Source of the DNA: Dehalococcoidia bacterium
GTDB taxonomy: Bacteria; Chloroflexota; Dehalococcoidia; Lucifugimonadales; Lucifugimonadaceae
Direction: 5' to 3'
Assembly: GCA_022819585.1 (NCBI GenBank)
Contig: JAJEGY010000014.1
Span: forward strand, 20,969 to 84,968
DNA: 64,000 nucleotides
Positions 54,859 to 64,000 of this stretch are shown one piece after another. The translations under genes were made by a program, and so were the position numbers. Position 1 is the stretch's first letter; each line of letters starts with the position of its first letter. A model generated the notes under the pieces. That model made no database searches and was not told the DNA's origin. It worked only from the letters and a program-made list of their open reading frames with translations.

Positions 54859-55977
54859 ATGCGCATATACCAAGCCTTCATAATCGCCGAACTCAAAATG
54901 TTCTTCCGCGACCGCGCCGCTCTTTTCTGGACGCTCGCATTCCCCACCGTCATGATGGTCGTCTTCGGACTCTTCAACTTCGGCAGCTTCGAACCACCCG
55001 AAGTCGGCATCGTCGACAAAGCCAAGAACGAAGCCTCAACCTCGCTAGTCTCAGCACTAACCGGCGGATACGGCGGCGAACCACTCTTTAACGTCCCCGA
55101 TTCCGAAGACGAACAATCCCTCAAATCCGAAGTCGAGGACGGTGAAATCACCGCCGTAATGGTCATCCCCGAAAACTTCGGTCAATCCTCCGCCACATCA
55201 GTCATCGACATCACATACGACGGACGCAAAGCCCAAGAAACCGAGATCGCCCGGACCATCCTCACCCAAGTCCTCGATGCCGTCTTCAAAGACGTAGCCC
55301 AAGTCCCTGCCGAGTACCGCGTCGAAAACTGGGCCGAAATTTCCCTCACAGAAGTCGCCGGACGCGGCCAAGGCTACACCGGATTCGTCGTCCCGGGCAT
55401 CGTCTCACTCTCCATCATGCAGAGCGCGCTCTTCGGCGTCGTCTTCACCCTCGTAAGACTCCGCAACCAAGGCGTCCTCAAACGACTCCATGCCACGCCC
55501 ATCAGCCCCAAGCACTTTCTCGCCGGAACCCTCTTCACCCGACTCCTATTGTTGATCATGCAGACCTACGTCCTGCTCATGGTCGGCATCTTCGTATCCG
55601 GCGTCGACGTCTCGCCGGGCTACGCGATGTTCTGGTTAGAAGTGATACCCCTCATCATTCTTGGAGGAGTCGTATTCGCTTCTCTAGGCCTAGCCATCTC
55701 CGGCATCGCCAAGACCGAAAACACCGCCGCTCCCTTGGCCAACATCGTCACACTGCCCATGATGTTTCTATCCGGTGTATTCATCCCCCACTCCGTCATC
55801 CCCGACTGGGTCGTCGCCTTTGCCAAATGGCTACCCCTCACCTTCCTCGCCGACGCCATGCGAGAGATGGTCAACAGCGGCGAAACCCTCCTCATCCAAG
55901 GCGCATCCATCCTAGGCCTAGCAGTCTGGGCCGCAATCTGCTTCGCCCTAGCCGTCAAAGCTTTCCGGTGGGAGTAG
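54859..55977 (+). CDS. ABC-2 type transporter permease
   Basis: 372 aa. There is an N-terminal TM, an extracytoplasmic domain, then five C-terminal TMs typical of the ABC-2 family. Confidence 0.85.
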   Translation: MRIYQAFIIAELKMFFRDRAALFWTLAFPTVMMVVFGLFNFGSFEPPEVGIVDKAKNEASTSLVSALTGGYGGEPLFNVPDSEDEQSLKSEVEDGEITAVMVIPENFGQSSATSVIDITYDGRKAQETEIARTILTQVLDAVFKDVAQVPAEYRVENWAEISLTEVAGRGQGYTGFVVPGIVSLSIMQSALFGVVFTLVRLRNQGVLKRLHATPISPKHFLAGTLFTRLLLLIMQTYVLLMVGIFVSGVDVSPGYAMFWLEVIPLIILGGVVFASLGLAISGIAKTENTAAPLANIVTLPMMFLSGVFIPHSVIPDWVVAFAKWLPLTFLADAMREMVNSGETLLIQGASILGLAVWAAICFALAVKAFRWE

Positions 55978-55990
55978 GTTCTGAATCCGG

Positions 55991-56395
55991 CTAAGAGGTG
56001 ACGGGCGATTGCAATTCTGGAAAGTACGTCGAGAAGAAACCGCGATCCCGAGTAAGGAAAGCATCCGCTGATACCAGCGCGTGAGCACCGATCAGAAAGT
56101 CGGTCATGATCCGCTCCCTTGGCCCGCCCGCAGCGCGGTATAGCTTCCAACGCGAGCCTGCCTCGAAAGCAACATCAGCGTCGATGGACAAGATCGTGAC
56201 CCCTATCTCGCGTAGGGCATCATCCAGCATCGCCCGATCGGAGAATGAGGGCGCCAACTCCGCGTAAACCACATCACAGATCACTACTGCTCCTGCTACA
56301 TAAGCAGCACTCAACCAATCCCTCGATTGGGGGCCATACTGATCATCCGGAATAAATACGTCGAGCAAAACATTAGTATCAACTGCCGTAATCAC
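55991..56395 (-). CDS. vapC: PIN-domain toxin (VapC)
   Basis: 134 aa. It has the N-terminal ITAVDTNVLLDVF and FLTRDRGF. It overlaps the antitoxin gene by 4 nt. Confidence 0.88.
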   Translation of the reverse strand: MITAVDTNVLLDVFIPDDQYGPQSRDWLSAAYVAGAVVICDVVYAELAPSFSDRAMLDDALREIGVTILSIDADVAFEAGSRWKLYRAAGGPRERIMTDFLIGAHALVSADAFLTRDRGFFSTYFPELQSPVTS

Positions 56396-56622
56396 CTCCC
56401 CCTAATCTCCTCGATATATTCGTCAACGCTTACACCTTCGCCCAAGGCATCTTTGCCCAGGATGCCATACACCCGGTCCACAGGATTTTCCTCATCAACG
56501 CGTTTGCTTATCAGCAATCCCTTATCGGTAGGCGTTACCTCAACCTCGACGTTGTGATGCATCCCGAACCGTTCACGCAGGTGCTTGGGGATGGTTATCT
56601 GCCCATGTTCAGATATTCGCAT
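56392..56622 (-). CDS. vapB: AbrB/SpoVT-type antitoxin (VapB)
   Basis: 76 aa from ATG 56622. MRISEHGQITIPKHLRERFG is a SpoVT-AbrB swapped-hairpin motif. The longer ORF to 56814 is not supported. Confidence 0.8.
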   Translation of the reverse strand: MRISEHGQITIPKHLRERFGMHHNVEVEVTPTDKGLLISKRVDEENPVDRVYGILGKDALGEGVSVDEYIEEIRGR

Positions 56623-57004
56623 ATCAACCTCACATGAATCTTCGGATAATGAAATCATACCAACCGCTACGCAACCTCGGCCCACCTGGAATCGCAAGGA
56701 GATAACGTTCCAATCACCTAATCCCCAACACATCTGGACAATTCCCGAAGCCAAAGCACGCCTTTCCGAAATTCTCCGCCTCGCAGAGGAACAAGGCCCC
56801 CAACGCGTCGGCATCAGAAAAACCTACGTCATCGTGCCCGAAAAGGACTGGAAACCCAACCCTACCACCGCCGAACCAAGCAAAGACCGCATGCCCATGG
56901 GCAAATGGCTGGTAGAAAACACGCCGCGGGGAACAAACCTGGAACTCCCAGACCGACGGGAAACCGATCGCCCCAACCCATTTTTAGAGGACACCGATCG
57001 TTAG
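56585..57004 (+). CDS. Phd/YefM-like antitoxin-domain protein, orphan, with an uncertain start
   Basis: The core IWTIPEAKARLSEILRLAEEQGPQRVGIRKTYVIVPEKDW matches the Phd/YefM pattern. The only canonical in-frame starts (TTG 56585, ATG 56591) overlap the divergent vapB start. A strong AAGGAG at 56696 has no canonical start after it. Confidence 0.5.
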   Translation: MGMVICPCSDIRISTSHESSDNEIIPTATQPRPTWNRKEITFQSPNPQHIWTIPEAKARLSEILRLAEEQGPQRVGIRKTYVIVPEKDWKPNPTTAEPSKDRMPMGKWLVENTPRGTNLELPDRRETDRPNPFLEDTDR

Positions 57005-57816
57005 TGCTTTTCGTCCATCAGCACACCCAAAAACTCCTCCATCACCGCATAATACCCCTCCGGATCGTAGTAGTCCGCCCCATTGTGCGGCGCACCCTTG
57101 ATTACATAGAACCGCCTAGGCCCCTCCGCCGCCTCAAACACCATCCGACCACACTCGATCGGAATAATCTCATCAAACTCCGAGTGCATCACCAACACCG
57201 GAGACCGTACCTCCTGCATGTACGACTCCGTATCAAAACGATTGTGAATGAACCTCTCAATCGGCAAATACTTCCAAGGAGGGATCGTCTTGGCAAGATA
57301 CGGTATCGACAACAACGGACACTCCAAAATCAACCCATCCGGCGGCATCACCGAAGCTAGTCGCGTCGCTACTGAACCTCCCAGACTCCTTCCAAAGTAA
57401 ACAATCGATGGTCTCTCATCCTTGGGCAGACTAGCGACATGCTCATCAATCCACCGCCGGGCGGCAATCGCATCCAAAGCAATCCCTTCCTCGCTCGGAC
57501 TACCTTCACTCAACCCGTAACCCCGATACTCCAACGCCAGCACGTCGATAAACCGAAAGCGGTCCACAAACTCCCGATACTGGTCCAGCCGAACGCTGAT
57601 ATTACCTCCGTTTCCATGGGTAATCAGCATCAAGATACGCTTCGTGCTCGGATTCTCGCTCTCATCACCCCTGATGAACCAAGCATGAGTGCGGTTACCA
57701 TCGTCCGCCGTCAGCCAAACATCCTCAAACCGCAACCCCACATGCGACGGATCGCCCCGCAACTGCGGTTGCGGGAAAAAGATGAACGACGCTTCGATTG
57801 AATTGGGCGTGTGCAT
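57001..57816 (-). CDS. Alpha/beta hydrolase (ABHD12/13- or BEM46-like serine hydrolase)
   Basis: 271 aa. It has the HGNGGN oxyanion region, the nucleophile elbow GRSLGG and a C-terminal ...GAPHN. Confidence 0.85.
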   Translation of the reverse strand: MHTPNSIEASFIFFPQPQLRGDPSHVGLRFEDVWLTADDGNRTHAWFIRGDESENPSTKRILMLITHGNGGNISVRLDQYREFVDRFRFIDVLALEYRGYGLSEGSPSEEGIALDAIAARRWIDEHVASLPKDERPSIVYFGRSLGGSVATRLASVMPPDGLILECPLLSIPYLAKTIPPWKYLPIERFIHNRFDTESYMQEVRSPVLVMHSEFDEIIPIECGRMVFEAAEGPRRFYVIKGAPHNGADYYDPEGYYAVMEEFLGVLMDEKH

Positions 57817-57842
57817 CTAAAACCTCGCGCACGCCTTCCGAA

Positions 57843-58625
57843 TCATTTCCGCCGAATCTTCGGCACCTCGACCTTCAGATGCGTCATCGGCTTCCAACCC
57901 AGAACACGCTCCGCTTTGGTCAGATTGTGCTCGACCCCATCCTCATCACCAGCGATGAAGAACGGCTCGAAAGACCCATGCCCGATCTGCACAAAATCGA
58001 CCGCCCTCAGATACGCGTTCGCCAAGTCTTGCTCATCCGTCACATGCAGAGGCGGCGCACCGCTCGGATCGTCCTCATGTTCCGCTGACCGGTAGTCGAT
58101 CCACTGCTCCCTCGTGCGAGGTCCCGTAATCCTCAGCGCCGCAAGATTCATATCGAAATGCCGGGCAAAGTATCGGCAAATCAACTCGCCGAGTCCCTTC
58201 GATAACCCGTAGGCGCTAGGCGTATCCAACGGGATCTCTTCCTCAGACTGGTACCACCTGCGAATCCGATAGTGAACACTCATCGTGCTCGTGTAGACAC
58301 CATTCCTCAAACCTTCATTCCAACCCGTCCACAGAAACAGATGCAACCCCATATTGTTGACCGTGTAGTTCTCCCGGATCACCTTCTCATCCTGATCCGT
58401 CACCGACCCGCCCTGCGGACTCTGCATCACCAGCCAGACGAACGTATCCACATCGCTGACAGCCTCCTTAATCGCGCCCGTATCCGTCACCGACCCCTTC
58501 ACAAACTCAACCCCGTCATGCCGCGGCTCCGCCAAATCCAACACCCGCAGATCATGCACTTCCCGCAGATAAGGAGTGATAAACGTCCCGACATGCCCGG
58601 AACCGCCAACTAGTAAAACCTTCAT
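57843..58625 (-). CDS. NAD-dependent epimerase/dehydratase family protein
   Basis: 260 aa. It has the N-terminal Rossmann block MKVLLVGGSGHVGTF and the Y-x3-K centre (YGLSKGLGE). Confidence 0.85.
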   Translation of the reverse strand: MKVLLVGGSGHVGTFITPYLREVHDLRVLDLAEPRHDGVEFVKGSVTDTGAIKEAVSDVDTFVWLVMQSPQGGSVTDQDEKVIRENYTVNNMGLHLFLWTGWNEGLRNGVYTSTMSVHYRIRRWYQSEEEIPLDTPSAYGLSKGLGELICRYFARHFDMNLAALRITGPRTREQWIDYRSAEHEDDPSGAPPLHVTDEQDLANAYLRAVDFVQIGHGSFEPFFIAGDEDGVEHNLTKAERVLGWKPMTHLKVEVPKIRRK

Positions 58626-58728
58626 GATTGGGTCGCCTTTGAATAGATAGCGCGGTGTTTGGAGAGGATTATACGGCGAATAGAGACCCCGACTCGCAAC
58701 TCAGCAACGCGCCCCGTACGTAAATGCG

Positions 58729-59115
58729 CTACGTTGAGACTGGTATCGGCTCAGCGATGTTGGCCCCAACGCTTGCGGGTTCCACCACAACTCCCGAGGA
58801 CGTATCTGCTTCTTCCTCATTAGCCGTCGCATCTGCGTCAATCGGCTCAAAGCTGATCCGCAATCTTGTACCGGTTGCCTTCGCAAACCTATCCAAAGTT
58901 CTCATTGACGGATTGGATCTGCCTCCCTCAAGCCGCGCCACTGCCGACTGCGTGGTTTGCATCCGCTCCGCCACCTCCTCTTGCGTCATCTTAGCGCTTG
59001 CACGGGCCCCGATCAGCGCACTGGCAAGATGATAGACCGGTTCAGACGCTTCATGTGCCTCTCGATAACGCGGCGATTGCATCATCTCGTCGTGAAGTTC
59101 GTCAATGTATGTCAA
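58729..59115 (-). CDS. higA: XRE-family HTH antitoxin (HigA-like)
   Basis: 128 aa. The HTH is MTQEEVAERMQTTQSAVARLEGGRSNPSMRTLDRFAKATG. It overlaps the toxin gene by 4 nt. Confidence 0.85.
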   Translation of the reverse strand: MTYIDELHDEMMQSPRYREAHEASEPVYHLASALIGARASAKMTQEEVAERMQTTQSAVARLEGGRSNPSMRTLDRFAKATGTRLRISFEPIDADATANEEEADTSSGVVVEPASVGANIAEPIPVST

Positions 59116-59446
59116 CGTTCAATCTCCCGAGCCCGACGCAAAACCAATTCGATTTCGCGCCTGGGCGTACCTTGCGTCTTCTTTTCAAACACTCTCACGA
59201 TCACAATTCGTCGTTCATGGACGGTTACATAGAGTGCCCGAGCAATACCGCTGCGTCCGCGCAAGCGCATTTCCCAGAGACGTCCTCTGAGATGCCGGAC
59301 GTGTGGCATGCTGACTGATTCGATCCCAGAATCTTCGATCAACCTTGAAATGCGAATAAACTCACCATCATGTCGTCCGGCAGAGATCTGATCTCACGCC
59401 GAATAGTTCCATTCAGAGGTTCAACAGTCCACTTCTTCGAAACCAC
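59112..59446 (-). pseudogene. higB: HigB/Gp49-like (RelE-superfamily) toxin gene interrupted by a frameshift
   Basis: The 5' part (GTG 59446) reads VVSKKWTVEPLNGTIRREIRSLPDDM... and stops. A second frame continues ...EFIRISRLIEDSGIESVSMPHVRHLRGRLWEMRLRGRSGIARALYVTVHERRIVIVRVFEKKTQGTPRREIE. Together they give the full Gp49-like pattern. The span is 335 nt, with the junction near 59363-59368. Confidence 0.65.
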
Positions 59447-59563
59447 AATATATCACCTATGCTATATGCGCGCAAGCCGCACACAACGTGCCAGTCCGTT
59501 AGTAGTCATCAACCAACGAACTTTACTCTACCCAACTAGCGTCTTTACCAACTAGTGGCAAGC

Positions 59564-59950
59564 CTACCTCTCCCTCCCAACCTCCACTACAACCCGCGCA
59601 TCCCCAAACCCCGCCAAAGCCAAAGGCTTAAACACCCCAACCCGAACCTCCGCGATACACTCATTCACCCCCAAAACCGCCCCTGCGATCCGATCCGCCA
59701 AAGTCTCCGACAACAGATACTCCCCCTCCTCCGCCACCTCAACCGCCGCGACACAAACCTCACGATAATCCACCGCATCCTCCAAATCATCCGACTCAGC
59801 CCCAGCCGAAAAATCCCCCTTCAACTCGATATCCACGACAACCCTCTGCGGCATCAACCGCTCCCAGTCCTCAACCCCAATCACACACCGCAACTCCAAC
59901 CCGCGGATAACCAGACGATCCGCCGCGTCTTCTGAACTCGGTCCCGTCAT
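59564..59950 (-). CDS. folB: Dihydroneopterin aldolase
   Basis: 128 aa. LVIRGLELRCVIGVEDWERLMPQRVVVDIEL and DYREV are FolB blocks. It overlaps the upstream peptidase gene by 4 nt. Confidence 0.85.
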   Translation of the reverse strand: MTGPSSEDAADRLVIRGLELRCVIGVEDWERLMPQRVVVDIELKGDFSAGAESDDLEDAVDYREVCVAAVEVAEEGEYLLSETLADRIAGAVLGVNECIAEVRVGVFKPLALAGFGDARVVVEVGRER

Positions 59951-61494
59951 TCCTCGATACTATCCGCCAACTCCTGAACCAACCCCAACACAGTCGCCAC
60001 CGTCCCGCCCAACGGCTCCGCCTCGACATGCTCCACAGTGTCCGACGGATGGTTGATGTAGTCCAACTCATCCGCATAAAACATGATGAACGGAACTTCC
60101 CGCTCATCAAAACCCAGGTAGTCCGACGCTCCCCACTCGAACGGCTCCGCCAGCGCAACCTCGACCCCATACTCCCCTGCAACCTCCACCGCGTATCCGG
60201 TCAACTCCTCATCACCAAAAACCTCCAAATCTCCGGTAGCGACAACATCCAAATTCACCATCGCAACGATCCGATCAACCTCAGCCTGCGACAACTCTCC
60301 CGCATAGTAGTTGCTCCCATGCAACCCCGTCTCCTCCGACCCGAAGAACACGAACCTTAAATCAAACGGCAATTCATCATCCGCCAACTCCTCCGCAACG
60401 ATCACCGCCGACGCAACCCCGCTCCCGTTGTCATTCGCTCCCGGCGACCAAGGTGTAGTGTCGAAATGCGCTCCGATCACCAAGACCTTGTCCCCATCAA
60501 TGTCATTGTTCAACTCCGCAATCACATTCCGAGACGGCCCATCTCCATCCGGATAAACAAGCAACTCGACAACTACGTCCTCGCCATCTTCCAACGCATC
60601 TCGCAACATCACGCCGTCCTCACGTGGAATCCCACCAACAAACACATCCGGCTCCTCTTCCAACCTACCACCGAAGTAATATCGCGGCTGATTATTGAAC
60701 ACCACCGCACCTATCGCGCCGCGTTCAGCCGCGTTGGTCTCCTTTTCCTCAAACGTCAGATTACCGCGAGCGATCAACGCAATCTTTCCTTCGACATCAA
60801 CGCTCTCGTAGTCCGCATCATCGCCAAGCCCGACGTAAACCAATTCCCCTTCGATCTCCCCCGTTATCACCGGCTCGAATGGTACGAAGAATATCCGAGC
60901 CGTATCACCATCCGGGCGCGAAAACTTCACGTTAGGCCCACTACTATCCACACCGGCGATAACCTCAATCGACCCCGCCGCATTAGCCTCAGTCACGTCA
61001 AAATCCTGGATCTCCACCTCATAACCCAACTCCTCCATCTCCGCCAATAGATACATCGCCGCCTCAAGCTCCTCCTCAGTAGCACTCTGCCGCGGACTAA
61101 GCTCCTCCGCCAACATGATCGTCAACTCATACGTCCGATCCGTCAACGACGCCAAATACGGATCGATTTCCGCCGTAATTTCGTCCTCTACGTCGACCGT
61201 CTCCGTAGGAGGAACCGACGTCGCGGTAGGTGGGGCCGTCGGCACTGCCGTTGCCACTGTCGTCGCCGTTGGCTCCGGAGCCGCAAACGCGGTCGCGGTC
61301 GGTTCGACAACCGCTGTGGGTGTATCCGGGACAATGGTCGCCGCCGCCGCAGCCTCAACCGTAGGCTCAACAACCTCCTCGCCCGCCTCACATCCAACCA
61401 CCCCAACCAACATCAAAGCCGCGCCCAAAACAGGCGCAGCAACCAATCGCCAATCTCTGACAAACTCCATCATCTGACCACCTTCAATTATCAA
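59947..61494 (-). CDS. Secreted M28-family aminopeptidase with PA domain
   Basis: 515 aa with a signal/TM and a P/T/A linker. The M28 zinc-ligand blocks are GAHFDT, GANDNGSGVA and FFGSEETGLHGS. Confidence 0.85.
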   Translation of the reverse strand: MIIEGGQMMEFVRDWRLVAAPVLGAALMLVGVVGCEAGEEVVEPTVEAAAAATIVPDTPTAVVEPTATAFAAPEPTATTVATAVPTAPPTATSVPPTETVDVEDEITAEIDPYLASLTDRTYELTIMLAEELSPRQSATEEELEAAMYLLAEMEELGYEVEIQDFDVTEANAAGSIEVIAGVDSSGPNVKFSRPDGDTARIFFVPFEPVITGEIEGELVYVGLGDDADYESVDVEGKIALIARGNLTFEEKETNAAERGAIGAVVFNNQPRYYFGGRLEEEPDVFVGGIPREDGVMLRDALEDGEDVVVELLVYPDGDGPSRNVIAELNNDIDGDKVLVIGAHFDTTPWSPGANDNGSGVASAVIVAEELADDELPFDLRFVFFGSEETGLHGSNYYAGELSQAEVDRIVAMVNLDVVATGDLEVFGDEELTGYAVEVAGEYGVEVALAEPFEWGASDYLGFDEREVPFIMFYADELDYINHPSDTVEHVEAEPLGGTVATVLGLVQELADSIEE

Positions 61495-61525
61495 GCCGCT
61501 GTATCAATATACGAACGCGGGTAAA

Positions 61526-62542
61526 GTGATGTTTGGCTATCACCCAAAAATCTCAATCGGTGCCCACAATTTGAGCCAACAAGAAACTCCACACACCTTC
61601 GCCGGCAATCCCATCGACCGCGCCGACCAGCTTCGACGCGACGAGTCTGACATCCACGACCTCATGCACTCCCCAAACGCAAGGATCCTGATCCTCGCCG
61701 GCCTAGATCCCCTCATCACCACATCCCGAAACCCCTCAACAGCCCTAGGCTGGCTCCCATACGGCAAAGCAAAGGAATTCGTCAATGCAGAACCCAACCT
61801 CTCCGCACTCCTAGGCGTCACATCCGAAGGCAATCCCTTGGTCGCCTGGAATCTAAACGGTAGCGCACGATCAGGCTCGGACCAACTCCCTCAATCCGAC
61901 CTCGACCAGCTAAACCTCGAAATCTGCGACGCCCGAGAGTCCGCCATGCTCATCTCCGGCGAAGAGACCGGCATCCTAGCCCAAGCCCGCGCAAACCTCG
62001 GATGGCACTCAACCCACCAATTCTGCGCAAGATGCGGCGACCCCACAGAGATGCGACGCGGCGGTCTGATGCGGGAGTGCGTCGGCTGCAGCGCCCAACA
62101 CTTCCCCCGCACCGACCCCGTCATCATCACCGTAGTCACCCACGGCGACCGATGCATCCTCGGACAGTCCGCCGGACGCCTCTCCGCGATGAAGATGTAC
62201 TCCGCACTCGCAGGCTTCATGGACCACGGAGAATCCATGGAAGAAGCCGTCCGCAGAGAAGTCTGGGAAGAGGCCGGCATCAGAGTCGGACGCGTCCAAT
62301 ATCACTCCACTCAACCCTGGCCATTCCCCTCGTCCCTCATGATCGGCAGCCACTCCGAAGCCCTCACTACCGACATCAACAAAGACGACTTCGAGATGAC
62401 CGACGTCCGATGGTGGGACCGCGAAGAAGTCCTCCTAGCCCTAGCCGAAAAAAGCGAAAACTTGCGCGTACCCGGCCCCATCGCCATCGCTCACCACCTC
62501 ATCAAGGCATGGGCAACTGGTCAAGCGGGGATTTTCGTATAA
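61526..62542 (+). CDS. nudC: NAD+ diphosphatase (NADH pyrophosphatase)
   Basis: 338 aa. It has the zinc ribbon CARCG...CVGC, the Nudix box GFMDHGESMEEAVRREVWEEAGI and the NudC signature SQPWPFPSS. Confidence 0.85.
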   Translation: MMFGYHPKISIGAHNLSQQETPHTFAGNPIDRADQLRRDESDIHDLMHSPNARILILAGLDPLITTSRNPSTALGWLPYGKAKEFVNAEPNLSALLGVTSEGNPLVAWNLNGSARSGSDQLPQSDLDQLNLEICDARESAMLISGEETGILAQARANLGWHSTHQFCARCGDPTEMRRGGLMRECVGCSAQHFPRTDPVIITVVTHGDRCILGQSAGRLSAMKMYSALAGFMDHGESMEEAVRREVWEEAGIRVGRVQYHSTQPWPFPSSLMIGSHSEALTTDINKDDFEMTDVRWWDREEVLLALAEKSENLRVPGPIAIAHHLIKAWATGQAGIFV

Positions 62543-62575
62543 GTTAGCTGAATTCCAACCCAAAAGGACATCACT

Positions 62576-63757
62576 ATGAAGCTGAAAACCCTCCGAGCTG
62601 TCCACATCGACATACCCGCACCTCAACCCAAAACCCCAGCGCGTCGCGCGCCATGGCCCACCAAATCCCCACGCGCGATGCCCATCAACTTCTACCCCCA
62701 ATACTCACGATTCCCACAAGAGATGCCCGGCGCTCGCGGCCTCCCCGAAGTATGGGTCCAAACCATCGCAGAAGACGGCACCTTCGGACTCGGACACTGC
62801 TCTTTCGGACAGCCCGTCGCATCCTACATCGACCACGTCATCGCACCCCTCGTCGAAGGTCAAAACTGCATGGCCATCGAGCTAATGAACGACCTCGTCA
62901 TCCGAGCCGGACACCGCCACGGACTCGCAGGAATCGTCTCCACCGCGCTCTCCGGCGTCGACATCGCACTCTGGGACCTCAAAGGCAAACTCCTCGATAG
63001 ACCCGTCTACGAACTCCTAGGCGGACCCGTCCGAGAAAAGGTCGCCCTCTACGCCACCGGCGACGACCTAGACTGGTTCCAAGAACTCGGTTTCACCCGA
63101 TTCAAAATCACCAACCCAGCCCACTACTCACAGGGCGACGAAGGCCTCCACCTCATCGAAGAACACGTCGCAAAATCCCGCGAATTCGTCGGTGAACGCG
63201 CCGAGTTAATGATCAACCCCGTCATGTCCTTCAACGTCGAGTTCACCCTCCGCCTCGCCGAAAGACTCCGTCCTTACAACCTCCGCTGGCTAGAAGAACC
63301 TCTCCCTCCTCACGACATCGAAGGACACGCCGAACTCAAACGCGCAATCACCTGGATCCCCCTAGCAACCGGCGAAGACCACCGCGGTCGACACGCCTTC
63401 GCACAACTCATCGAACGACGCGCAATCGACATCGTCCAACCCGACATCGGATGGAGCGGCGGCGTCTCTGAGACCATGAAGGTCTACACCATCGCCGAGA
63501 CCGCCGGCATACAGACCATCCCCCACGGCGGCGGCGGAACTCCCTGGGGACAACACGTCGCTATGGCCGCACCCGAATCCCCAATCGCCGAATACTGGAC
63601 TGGCTCACCGCCCGGTATCCCCCTCGAAGAACTCAACCGCATCCCCGGAATGGCCACCGCCAAAGACGGCTTCGTCACACCATCCGACGCCCCAGGCTTC
63701 GGCATGGAAATCTCCCCCGAATGGATCCGACCATGGGAATACCGTGGCCGGGACTAA
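62576..63757 (+). CDS. Enolase-superfamily enzyme (L-rhamnonate dehydratase-like subgroup)
   Basis: 393 aa. It has a long N-terminal segment before the capping domain, DIALWDLKGK, metal-ligand strands (EEP, GED) and a HGGG block. Confidence 0.85.
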   Translation: MKLKTLRAVHIDIPAPQPKTPARRAPWPTKSPRAMPINFYPQYSRFPQEMPGARGLPEVWVQTIAEDGTFGLGHCSFGQPVASYIDHVIAPLVEGQNCMAIELMNDLVIRAGHRHGLAGIVSTALSGVDIALWDLKGKLLDRPVYELLGGPVREKVALYATGDDLDWFQELGFTRFKITNPAHYSQGDEGLHLIEEHVAKSREFVGERAELMINPVMSFNVEFTLRLAERLRPYNLRWLEEPLPPHDIEGHAELKRAITWIPLATGEDHRGRHAFAQLIERRAIDIVQPDIGWSGGVSETMKVYTIAETAGIQTIPHGGGGTPWGQHVAMAAPESPIAEYWTGSPPGIPLEELNRIPGMATAKDGFVTPSDAPGFGMEISPEWIRPWEYRGRD

Positions 63758-63825
63758 TCGTCGCAATGCAATATCTAAAAGGAATTTAGACGCCAAACTA
63801 AACTGATCGACACGAAGAGAACTCC

Positions 63826-63996
63826 TCAATCGCGACCGTTCTTCAAATACTCCTTCGCTTCCTCCTCAATCTCAGGGTCCAGTTCCTGACCCCGATCCTC
63901 GAGTTTCGATCGCATCCACTCCAACATCTCCTCGCGCCCTTCCTCACGCACCTTGGCCCTAACCGCCGCCCTTGTCTCGGCCCTTGTGTTGAACAT
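63826..63996 (-). CDS. Possible small helical protein (may extend beyond the window edge)
   Basis: The minus strand reads MFNTRAETRAAVRAKVREEGREEMLEWMRSKLEDRGQELDPEIEEEAKEYLKNGRD*. The frame stays open upstream to the window end. No family recognised. Confidence 0.25.
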   Translation of the reverse strand: MFNTRAETRAAVRAKVREEGREEMLEWMRSKLEDRGQELDPEIEEEAKEYLKNGRD

Positions 63997-64000
63997 CGAT

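Overview
This is a 64-kb stretch of a moderately GC-rich bacterial chromosome. It is densely coded on both strands, with about 60 protein genes. I recognised no rRNA, tRNA, CRISPR array, transposase or integrase.

**Likely source (inference only).** The gene content fits a monoderm marine heterotroph, possibly Chloroflexota/SAR202-like. Supporting signs are three enolase-superfamily paralogues, family I and III CoA-transferases, EtfAB, a sulfatase, an LPXTG-type sorting signal and lipoproteins with Pro/Thr linkers.

**Housekeeping genes.** gyrB, obg, nadD, pyrE, mutM, folE, folB and nudC are interleaved with accessory blocks.

**Accessory content.**
1. A metal (probably zinc) homeostasis island lies at about 41.4-50.7 kb. 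It holds a Fur-family regulator, a CDF exporter with a roughly 83-aa His-rich tail, a 71-aa His/Cys-repeat miniprotein and znuCB. Its ZnuA-type binding protein has the His-loop replaced by a roughly 390-aa beta-propeller-like domain plus a roughly 90-aa His/Asp/Glu tract. I consider this the best candidate for an undescribed arrangement: an SBP with a built-in AztD-like chaperone.
2. A MacB-type ABC operon has a 1086-aa membrane-fusion protein carrying a roughly 675-residue coiled coil and an aromatic tip domain.
3. A NotI-fold restriction enzyme is paired with a Dam-like (D12) methyltransferase.
4. There are several toxin-antitoxin modules (three PIN-based, one higBA with a frameshifted toxin, one orphan Phd-like gene) and a Fic gene.
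5. Two families of intergenic repeats bracket the R-M+mutM block, one vapBC module and the Fic gene in a cassette-like way.
6. A 1.2-kb non-coding GC-rich gap is dense in hairpins.

**Limits.** Functional calls rest on motifs read by eye from the supplied translations. No database search was run.
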